Assembly: GCF_009914755.1 (NCBI RefSeq)
Contig: NC_060947.1
Reading direction: 5' to 3' (one strand)
Length of the DNA: 64,000 bases
Source: the human T2T-CHM13v2.0 reference genome, Homo sapiens
Shown: positions 52,478 to 64,000 of the stretch, one piece after another
Numbering within the stretch: position 1 is the stretch's first letter
How the letters are laid out: the number at the start of each line of letters is the position of its first letter
Notes under the pieces: generated by a model
The model's database searches: none
Told to the model about the DNA's origin: nothing
Seen by the model: only the letters and a program-made list of their open reading frames with translations
Position numbers and translations under genes: made by a program

Positions 52478-53712
52478 TCAATAAATCTTTAAGAGAAAAC
52501 CGTCATAATGTCAAATTTGAAACAGCAATACCTAGATAAATCCAAATCTACTTATGCATATGCATATCATTAAAGTGCATTTTTATCCTTGCCCAGCTTT
52601 CTGTTTACATACTAAGAGAATGAAATTGTCAACACTATCAAGATTATGATGTTTTAGTTTTTGTTTCTTTTCAATAGGAACATTTGAAACTTCAAAGCAG
52701 AAACTGAAAGCAGATGTTTAGGTTTGCCTGGTGTGAGCTGAAACCCTTTCCTCATTATTTATTAAAGGTCTTTAGTTTTATGTTACTGATTGCAAAAAGG
52801 AAATTTGCAGGGAATAGGGGTTTCCTGTTAATTTTTCTTGCCAGGTGCTGGAGAAAGATGCAGTCGACCATGGATGGAATTACAGTGGGGCCTCCAGAGG
52901 AAGGTCTATATATGATCACACATTACGGTCATAACTTAACATGCAATCTCTGGCAAAGTAGCTGAAACAGGCTATCTGAAGGTCAGGAAAATGAGTAATG
53001 ATGCATTACTTGTATTAGTGCTTGTTGGTTTTCTACCTATAGTCAGGCTGTCACAATGATAAATAACTAGAATATTTCATTGAAAAGAAAAATGTTGCTC
53101 TTTTGATTCCAAAGTAAAAGCAATTATTAATTAAGAGCATACATATTTTCAAAGCATTTTTCCCCCGTTTGGTTACCCCAAATATTGTGGACTTCTGCTT
53201 GTTTATTTTTCTACTACTTTGATATAGATTGAATCAGCCAAATGATGGAGAAGGAACAAAGCAGGAGAAGAGGTTAAAACATTGTTAAGAAAAATATTCT
53301 AATAAAATCCCACTCCAATTTTTTATAGTACTCTTTTTAGGCATCAAAATTAATGTCTACTCCATTGTTTCACTTCTCTCTAAACTATGTCCAAATAATA
53401 GAATTAAGTGAATTGATTGAGGTGTTATTAGACCCTTTCTTGCTTAGTCTTAGATTAGTACATGCCTAGATATTTTATAGTGAGACAATATATTTGATTT
53501 CAAATATCAGTGTATTTAATTTTTTAAAAATTAATTACTTCTTTACATCAGTTGGATATTCTGAATTATCATGAGTATATCCCTGAAAAGGAGACATATA
53601 TCTTTGAATTATAGATCTCAAGGAATTTGAAACAGTCTAGAGAAAAGTAACCTTAATCTTAAAGCAGAAATAAATCTATCATAGAAATAGGACTGGAAAA
53701 AAGAGACATTCA

Positions 53713-54029
<317 letters not shown>

Positions 54030-54250
54030 TAGTCATTCATATGCTCTACTGCCAAATCTTAGCTCCGTCCCTAACATGATGAGTGCCTTTGGGCAAGTCA
54101 CTTAACACCCAGTTGCCTCATCGACAAGACAAGAGTCCTGGACTAAATGAACTTTTTTGTACCTCTTGCGTTCTTCGACACCAACATTTTTCCTCCAAGG
54201 GTCATTAGTCCACTGAGGGATAAGAAGAATTGATCTAGAGGTACATTTTT

Positions 54251-54467
<217 letters not shown>

Positions 54468-55116
54468 TAATTTACTTTTGTGGTGGGAAATAGAAAACGA
54501 ATGAAAAATAGTAAGTATAGAAGCCTCTCTGAAATATTTAATAAATAAACTCATTTAGCTTTAGATAATGGTTGACTGAGGTGAAAAAATTCAAAGGGGA
54601 GAGAGAAGAGAGAAAGAAAATTGGGTATGTGTATATTGCACCATAAGTCACCATTTTTGTAGGTCACAAATGGTCCATTATTAGCAATTTATATGGTTCA
54701 ACCTAATGCTGTAGCTGTAATTTTTGAATATCAAATTTGGACAAATCTATAGGGCTATCAGGACAATACCAGTTTTTGAAGAATACCACAATGAAAGCAG
54801 AAATATTAGACGAACATGGCAAATCCATGTCTTTGGGATCTGTAGCCCAACTGGGTAGTAATAAGTGTTTCACTAAAGTGGTCTCCGAAGCAAAACAAAA
54901 GCAACAAAAGGTAATTAAGATAACTACCATAACAGTGGAACTGCTTAAAACAATACAAATATAGTTCTTCCTAATTTATCATCAAATAGTAGAGCCTCAT
55001 GTGGGTTCATTCTGGAAGCATTCACTTACTACACTTTAACACTTTTTAAATGCTCCATTTTGTGAGTAATTTAATTATCTTCCAATTTGGAACATATTGC
55101 CTCTTATTTGTTTTAG

Positions 55117-55440
55117 CTATCCCTGAAAATTCTGTGAAGGAAGTCCTCAGAGCACCTGGTACCATCAAAGACAGAATCAAGAAGTTGCTTGCTCACAAAA
55201 ACAGCATGAAAAAGAAGGCAAAAATTAAAAATGTTACCCCAGAACCCACCAGGACTCCTACCCCTAAGGTGAACTTGCAGCCCTTCAACTATGAAGAGAT
55301 AGTTTCCAGAGGCGGGAACTCTCATGGAGGTAAAAAAGGGAATGAAGAGAAAATGAAAGAGGGGCTTGAGGATGAGAAAAGAGAAGAGAAAGCCCTGAAG
55401 AATGACATAGAGGAGCGAAGCCTGCGAGGAGATGTGTTTT
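55117..55440 (+). CDS. EGFL6: EGFL6 coding exon 8, basic/charged linker with RGD motif
   Basis: tttgttttag|; [38 protein letters not shown]...[19 protein letters not shown]; RGD at 55425-55433; TTTT|gtgagt; 324 nt, phase 1-1. Confidence 0.97.
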
Positions 55441-56549
55441 GTGAGTGTTATTTTTATTTTATATGTTTTATGAAAAATGAATTGCAATTTCTCCTGGCAA
55501 ATGAAAGAAGACAAAAAGCCGGTTTCACAGCTTAAGTAAAATGGGTTGGGTCTTAAGTCCTGAGAAGCAACATTCTCTGTAATGTCTAGAAACGAATACC
55601 TTCTGCAAATACCCAATCAAACCTGCTGCTCTAGGAACCAAGGAGGGGAAGTCCTGTTCCCCTACTTGGGGGGTTTCCTATTTGACACAGACCTTCTCTT
55701 CTAGCTTCCAGCCAAGGAAGCCTGCTAGTCCTGCAAGGGCAGTGGTTTGGCTGCCCAGCTCTCCATGAGGCATGCCCCCAAATCAAAGAGAGGCTCACCA
55801 CATGGATCTGCTAAGCTCTACCTTTTTATTTCTTGAAGGCACTTTTACAGGCCTAGTCTATGAAAATGGAACCTCACAGTTGTATGGTTGTGATTTTAAA
55901 AGCCAAAATCGACAAATGTAGGAGGACAAATTTTATAGTGGAGCTTAAGTTTTCTATGTGAACTAGAGAACTGCCGTAACTCCCTTTTCACTAGTTGCTG
56001 TGCAGAACCCACCATAAGGCTCAGTCCCCCCAGGAGGGTTTCCATATTAACCCACCCTGCATCTCTACACTGAGACTTTCCCATTCATTCTGGCTGGGCA
56101 TTTGTTGCTCCCTCTATATTTTGCCTTATCTAGTCTCGGCTCTGTGACTGGTGGTCATATATACAAATGCCAGATGGATTTAACCAAAGGAAAAGTAGAC
56201 ACAGGCCCACCCGTCCAAGAACTAGCATCCGGTGACATTCTCTGCCTTAATAGAGAGTGAAAAATCTCAAAAAAAGAAAAAAAAAAACATATTTCCAAAA
56301 CCTAGTATGAAGGGATGTATCAAGAGTGTAGATGCTTAGTTTACCCAAGGAAATGTCTGGAAAAGATGTTTTAGATGAGGAAACTGGATCCAATGTGAAT
56401 TATTTGGAAATGTTAGGGAAACACTGCTCTAATATATTCTGTAATTAGAATACATGATCTAACCTTCTTTGTTTGGTCATTTGATTGATACCTTCTGAGC
56501 ATGTGGGCTTTAAGGTTTTTTTCTTAACTGACCAAGTGTTCTTTATTAG

Positions 56550-56630
56550 TCCCTAAGGTGAATGAAGCAGGTGAATTCGGCCTGATTCTGGTCCAAAGGA
56601 AAGCGCTAACTTCCAAACTGGAACATAAAG
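56550..56630 (+). CDS. EGFL6: EGFL6 coding exon 9
   Basis: ttctttattag|; [27 protein letters not shown]; AAAG|gtaaat; 81 nt, phase 1-1. Confidence 0.95.
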
Positions 56631-56994
56631 GTAAATAATTCTTTCTCCCAAGTGTATGCTCTTTCATGTTGTCCTGGTCGTTTTCATTTCTTCATACAGT
56701 GAAATGATTGTTTATGAATCCCTGCTTCATTCGTAAACCCCCAAGGGAAAAATCATTACATCACACACACAGTGCCAGTATTAAAATAGTAGGTCCTTGT
56801 GTGACTGGTACTAATGATTGAAATATAGTAAGGCTATTCTCTTCTCCCCGCCACTCCCACCTGATGCTGAGAGTGAATGGTTGAAGCAGACTGTATATAT
56901 GGAGATGGGAGAAACTTACATATTTTCTTCAACTCTACTGCCTGAGGACCCACAACCTGAAAGTCCTCATGTACTAAATTTGGCCCAAAGTGCC

Positions 56995-57531
56995 TGTATC
57001 AGTTACCTATTGCCATAATAATGCTGTGTAACAAACAACCACAAGCCCTCAGTGGCCTACAGCAATAAATATTTATTTTTGCTTATGAGTCTATGGGTTG
57101 GCTGGACGGTTCTGCTGCCCTGAGCTAGGCTGGGTGGGCTCACTCATGTGTCCACATACAGTCAGTTGTGGGCCTGCTTCGTGATGTTGCTGATCTTGGC
57201 TGTGCTTTCTTACATGCCTGAGGCCTCAGTTGGGAGGATTGGACTCACTCAGCTCTGCTCCATGTGGTCTCTCATCCTCCAGCAGGCTAGTCCAAGCTGT
57301 TTCTCATGAGGCAACAGCAGGGTTTCAGGAAAGAGAGCAGCAGCACACAAGATATTTTGAGGTCTAGGCCCAGAAATGGCACAACATCACTTCTGCCATA
57401 TTCCATTGGCCAAGCCAAGTCACAAGGCCAGCGTAGACTTCAAGGTTGTGGAAGGAGCTGTGAAGTCATACAAAGAGTGTGGATACAGAGAGGGATAAAA
57501 ATCAGGACCATTTTTGCGATCATTCCACCAA
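56995..57531 (-). mobile_element. MLT1H-like MaLR LTR
   Basis: tgtatcagttacctattgcc...ctcatcctccagcaggctag...cacttctgccatattccattggccaa. Confidence 0.78.
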
Positions 57532-57690
57532 AGCCTCATAATCTGGAGTTTCTTAGGCATGATCCCTAATTCCTCTTGGTTTATTTAGAACGTTCACCAC
57601 TCATGACAAATTACACAGACCTCAGGGAAAAGCCCATTTATATATTTATCCCTTTCACTTGGTATAAGTATGAATGCCTTGATCATCTCT

Positions 57691-57820
57691 TTCCTTTTCA
57701 AAGTTTCTTTCACTTACCACTATACATGTGGTAAGTAAAAGATTAGCATAACCTTTTCCTTTTCAAACTTCCTTTTACTTACCACTATACATGTGGTAAG
57801 TAAAAGATTAGCATAACCTT
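57691..57820. repeat. 65-bp tandem duplication, each copy containing an inverted repeat
   Basis: Copies 57691-57755 and 57756-57820 share acttaccactatacatgtggtaagtaaaagattagcataacctt exactly. Confidence 0.92.
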
Positions 57821-58486
57821 GTGCTAATTGATTCCCTTTTGTGTTTACCCTGTGAGTGCATGGCCCAGTTCTATCACTTTGGTTTACAGGACCATCTCTA
57901 CCGCAAAAAAAAATGTACCTCTCTAATTCAGTCCTCCAAATTGTATCTGAGAAGCTTCTACTAAAACTCTTCAAAGCCTAGTAACCTATGACCCAACTCC
58001 TACAGGCATTTTGTTTTCTTCCATATTTCTCCTAAGTATTCTATGTTTTTGTTTCTCTGCATTAGACAACTTATTGCCCATTTTCCTGGTTAGAAAGAAA
58101 ATGTTTCATTGTACAGGGGGTAAGCTACGTTCTCCAGGTGCTCACAAGTTCTGCCCAAGCTCTGTCTACCCTTGATAAGTGACATGAAGGAATCCGTTGA
58201 CTCCTCTTTCGATCCCCAAACCACCAGATTTCTTAGTTTACTTTCTATTCCATGATTCCTAATGAAACACAGAAAGGTTAAAATTTTGCACATGACCATA
58301 TGACCCTGTAATTTCAACAGTCCTTGAGTAAGTTGTCTTGGAAAGCTCAGTCCCAATCAGAAGATTCAGATGCATACTGCAACTCTTCCACTGGTTGTTT
58401 GCCTTGGACAAGTCACTTGGATTTGCAGTGCCTCCTTGCTTTCATACATAAAATTGGAATAAGAGCAATATTCATCTCTTAGGTGC

Positions 58487-59180
58487 TGTCTTAGGCTGGG
58501 TTCCCCAGAAATAGACCCCAAGATAAGAATTTGTGTGCAAGTGGTTTATGTGGAAGATGATCCCAGGAAATGGTGGTTGGGGGTGTGCATAAGTGAGATG
58601 GGGAGACAAGGAGGCAATAATGGGTATGTTATCAGGCAAGTTTCCACTGTGGGCAACTGGAGCTCAATCCCATTGGGGAACTCCAGAAGCCAGTGTAGAA
58701 CACATGGCTCATAATTATCCTACTGAAGGAGTAAGGAGGCTGGGGCATATATATACCAACTCCCATCTGGCATTGATTGAAGGCTGCTCCCAGGAGGGTG
58801 CTGATTCCTTGGTGCTCCTGGCCTGGCATGAAAGCAAGGAAGGGCACCACTGGGGCAACTTGATCTCAATCCCACTTGGACCCTCGACAAGACAGGGGAA
58901 GCCTGAATTCCAAACTGACTTTAGTCCACATTCAATTCCAGCACTTAGTGGTCCTTTCCAAAGGCAAGGAAATGGAGGTATCTATCCAACAACTCCTGTC
59001 CATCACTGGTTGAGGGCTGTCCCTGGGAAAATAACTTCCCAGCATTCTAGCTCACCTGGTTGGGCCAAGAATGCTCCAGCCAGAGAACACCCTCACACAG
59101 AGAGCTGTGAGTGTTTCCAGTAGAAAGCCAAATGCCTGCAAGAGAATATAAGTACTGACAGATATTTGTGTGGCACCAAG
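58487..59180 (-). mobile_element. LTR16C-like ERVL LTR with an internally repeated segment
   Basis: tgtcttaggctgggttccccagaa...ccactgtgggcaactggagctcaatccca (58644); similar text recurs at ~58847. ORF 58593-59123 is LTR-derived. Confidence 0.75.
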
Positions 59181-59997
59181 AGCATCTGCTTCAAGGCAGG
59201 TGTGGATTAAACCAGAGAATATATGTGAAAGCACTTTCCAAACCATGAAGTGCTATACAAATGAAAGAATGTGCCTGTGAGACCAAAGCCTTGAGTTTTA
59301 TCTCTGTATGGAATAGTTTGCTATATACTATTCCATCATCCCAATTTACACACTCGCTTTCCCCATGTGGAGGAAGGGGAAGAGTTTGGGAGAAACATTC
59401 CACCACAATTGTAAACCAACTGAAAAGCTGATATTCCACTATTTGTGGGATAATAACATCAACTATCTAACTAGTATTAGCACTCATTGAAGAATACTGA
59501 AGACTGGAAGCCAGTATTACCTGGCATCTTTTACTTTTAAAACTGGGACTAGAAAGAAAATATATTTGCTGCACAGAGAAAAAATAGGGAGTTAAGAAGA
59601 AAGGAAAGTGAGGAAAGGGACCGTATGTGCTCACTTAGGATATGTGCAAGATGGAAGGTCCTGGATTGCAGTCTGATTTGGGATTCAGGTCCAACTCCAG
59701 CATTCAGTGTCAGCAGAACTTGAGCCTTAGTTTTAGTTTCCTGAAAATGAGTCTGATGCTAGACGTTTTTTTAAACAACCTAATCAAATGATATAAAATA
59801 TTTGGCAAATCAAAATGAGTCAAGAATCAGCTGCTGCTGTGTTTCTTTTTACCCTATTCCCTTTCCTTACCATTCCTTTCTTCCCCAGCATTAAAACATA
59901 TAAAGCCCCAAAATCAGAGCCAGAGGCTAGCCTTAGTTATAAATAAAAAATATCTCATTCTTCACCCCCGCCCTTTCCCAGTGGTATTTATCTACAT

Positions 59998-60182
59998 CAG
60001 AGGTCAGCCAACTTTTTTCTATAAAGGGCTAGATAGTACATATTTTAAGCTTTGTAGGCCATAAACTACTTTCACAACTATTCAACTCCGTCATTGTAGC
60101 TCAGATGCAGTCATTGATGTTATGTGAATGAATGGGCATAGTGTGTTTCAATAAAACTTTATAAAACAGACAGTGGGCCAGG
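59998..60182. mobile_element. MER58A-like element
   Basis: cagaggtcagccaactttttctataaaggg...caataaaacttta...cagtgggcca. Confidence 0.75.
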
Positions 60183-60279
60183 ATCTACATAAAAGTAACC
60201 ACAGGCACTGGTTCAAAACTTAAAACTAGCTGAATGAACTCTTATATTTCTCTGACACATCTAAACAAGGCAGTCATTA

Positions 60280-61022
<743 letters not shown>

Positions 61023-61210
61023 CTTTTTGTTTTTTTAAGATCACAACTGAATTTGTTCAGAATGGCTTCACAGACATAACTCAAAACAGGGTATGTCATG
61101 ATCTGTACTCTGTGCGACTGAAAACAAGGTATTGCCTTCCAAAGCCCCAAATGTTAGACACCTTCCTAATGCTTTTAGGGGTTATGAAATATGTTCTTTC
61201 TTTTTAGCAG

Positions 61211-61312
61211 ATTTAAATATCTCGGTTGACTGCAGCTTCAATCATGGGATCTGTGACTGGAAACAGGATAGAGAAGATGATTTTGACTGGAATCCTGCTG
61301 ATCGAGATAATG
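61211..61312 (+). CDS. EGFL6: EGFL6 coding exon 10, start of MAM domain (alternative start 61208)
   Basis: ttctttctttttagcag|; [34 protein letters not shown] has the MAM signature C.F...C.W....D.FDW; AATG|gtattt; 102 nt, phase 1-1. Confidence 0.96.
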
Positions 61313-62682
61313 GTATTTATATTTGACAGTTTCATGTTCTGCAATATGGTGAAGGGATAGAAAGCCCTCCATGAGTGATGGGTTGTTATTCCCATTACTC
61401 ATCAGAGCAGGGTTGTTTGTCATTTTTGGAAACTTTTAGACCTTCTGAGCTCTCCCTTGATAGATGACTAACTTGGTCCAGCATATATTCTCCTACTTAA
61501 TCCCTCTCCCACACACCTGCCACCACAAAGGATATGGGAGAAAACCTCTTCCATATTCACTCTCCTGCTGCTGAGGGAGAGATGTTGAGATTTGTATAAA
61601 GTTTGGGAGAGTTAGGGAAAAGGTAGAAAGAAATGGTTTCTTCTTCCCAGTTTACCAGCCATGGCATCTTGTAGTTTTTGTTTTTTGTTTTGTTTTCATG
61701 GGGGAAATAAATCTTGAAAGGAAATATAACCTCCACCTAAACCTGGTGTTTTAGTAGAGTGGCCCCTCAAAGCATGAAAACCATAATGAACATCAAGTCA
61801 ATGACCTGAACTCCTGAACTGAGCTTTCCCTTCTGTTTGTTGCTTGAGGATTTCTTTCGAGCCACCTGTCCTTGAATTTTTCTCAATCTTATCTGTGAGC
61901 TGCGGATTTCCCACCCTTCCCATTGCCTACTTAAACACTATTGACGGACCCTAACTATCCCCTTAGTGTTTGTCTTGCAGATCCCATTTAGAGCACAAAT
62001 TGAATCTCTGTCTCCTGAAGACTGACTATATAATTAAAGTCAACTGTTACACCTTCAGGGACTCCAGTTACTTATCAATCAAATTATTTCTTTGGGGATG
62101 TATAGGCTCAGCCCTCAGTTAAAAGATCTTTCTTTTAGATCCTTCCTCTAGACCAATTCCTCTCCAACATCTTTCCTTTCATGCCCTCACATGCAATCAG
62201 AAAACCTAGATATCCCCTAACAAGAATTCCTTTTTGAACTTGGGGTTAGGGGAGAGGGGTTACATCTCACACAGCAGTTGTGTGAATGGGACTTTTACTA
62301 AAGATTCAGTGTAAGCAAAGGGCAAATTTAACCAGGCTGAAAACATCATATCATTGGAAAAGCTATCTTGTTGATAACTAACCTGAGTTTCTCTTTTCTT
62401 CCATAATGGCATCTCTAAATTTATGTCTACCAGAGCTATATCATATTGGGAGCCCATAGGTTATTCCAGGACCTCCACAGCTGATATAAGGTTATGTTAA
62501 GTCTTAAGTTGAGTCTTCTGTCCAAGGGAAGTTCCCTATTTACAAACACTCAATTCACAAATAACCCCAGGGTTCTCAGCTTCTGCATCATTCAAATCAT
62601 ACCCCTGCTCCTCCTGCACCTCCATTGGATTTCTAGGTGAGCTTTTCATTCCCTCTGTACAGCTAAATATGAAAAATAAACA

Positions 62683-63310
<628 letters not shown>

Positions 63311-63429
63311 AGACATGAATGAGTTAGCATTATTAAAGGGATAAAACCACAAAGACAGCTCAAAGCGGACTTTATCTGGGAGAGAAAGGGAAACCTTCCA
63401 CAGTAGGTGACAGAAAGCGTAGCTGAAAG

Positions 63430-63570
63430 AGATGCCAGATGAAATATAGGATGGCTATATTTCAGACAGGCAATTAATACTTTTTAGTATGTCTTGGACA
63501 TGTACTTTATCTGAAATTCAAACTCCACTGGGCATCCTATATTTTTATTTGCTAAATCTGGATACCCTAC
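63430..63570. mobile_element. MER53-like MITE
   Basis: tgccagatgaaatatagga...tttatctgaaattcaaa...atttttatttgctaaatctgg. Confidence 0.65.
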
Positions 63571-64000
63571 TAGCTGGGGAAGAAGACCAGATTCTGGATG
63601 CATTGAAAACTAAGGCAATGTCAGCCTGGGTCCTGCAAGTATCTCCGACTTGCAGTAGCAGAAGACGACCCATTCCCCAATGTCTTCTTCCTGGCTTCTA
63701 TAGAAATTTTTCCTTCTTATCAACTTCTTCAGACCCTACTCTTTGAGAGTTTTTGCCCAAGTTCATCAAAGCCACAACCCGAAGATTGGATATGAGCAAA
63801 AGTCCACTACACCACAGGTTAAAAGATACTTAGAAGATTTGCAGGATTTGAAGGAGAGTGTTCCTGTCATCCTAAATCAGAAATTGGAGTGATATGTTAC
63901 ACATGGTAGTTGAGCTCCATGAAACCACTAGTACAGGTGCAGGTGTGTTTTGGATTAAACACCACACTCTGGACCCATTTAAGGAGCTGATCATCTTACA

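Noticed and set aside
52845-52981. Strong-looking acceptor (tttttcttgccag) in intron 7 suggesting a hidden exon
   Set aside because: Stop codons occur in the EGFL6 frame, nearby donors are weak and the peptide is unrecognisable; such acceptors are common by chance.
55113-55616. 167-aa antisense ORF over exon 8
   Set aside because: Shadow of the purine-rich coding strand, giving an F/L/S-rich translation with no independent gene signals.
58593-59123. 176-aa ORF, the longest in the window
   Set aside because: Lies entirely within an LTR16-like LTR; no protein homology recognised.
63575-63900. Unique sequence with a coding-like look near the window end (possible next exon or pseudogene)
   Set aside because: The frames I translated hit stops and show no MAM-domain or other recognisable motif; the next EGFL6 exon appears to lie beyond the window.

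Overview
Human genomic DNA (a human-specific AluYb8-type insertion and an SVA are present). It contains the promoter CpG island and coding exons 1-10 of EGFL6 (EGF-like domain multiple 6 / MAEG; Xp22 by recall) on the + strand. The ten exons splice via GT-AG junctions into one open frame of 1285 nt: signal peptide, five EGF-like repeats (three Ca-binding type), a charged linker with RGD, and the start of the MAM domain. The remaining MAM exons lie beyond the window. The introns are dense with interspersed repeats (Alu, L1, SVA, MIR, L2, MaLR/ERVL LTRs, Tigger1, MER20/33/53/58) and hold an RPL30 processed pseudogene and a tailless 7SK retrocopy. I see no evidence for a new multi-gene biological system; nearly all ORFs in the track are repeat-derived or chance. 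The best leads are small-scale: a duplicated hairpin that hides a consensus 5' splice site, a candidate poison exon, EGF O-glycosylation consensus sites, young retroinsertions and multi-level nested insertions. Repeat subfamily names were assigned by eye, and repeat boundaries are approximate unless target-site duplications (TSDs) are quoted.
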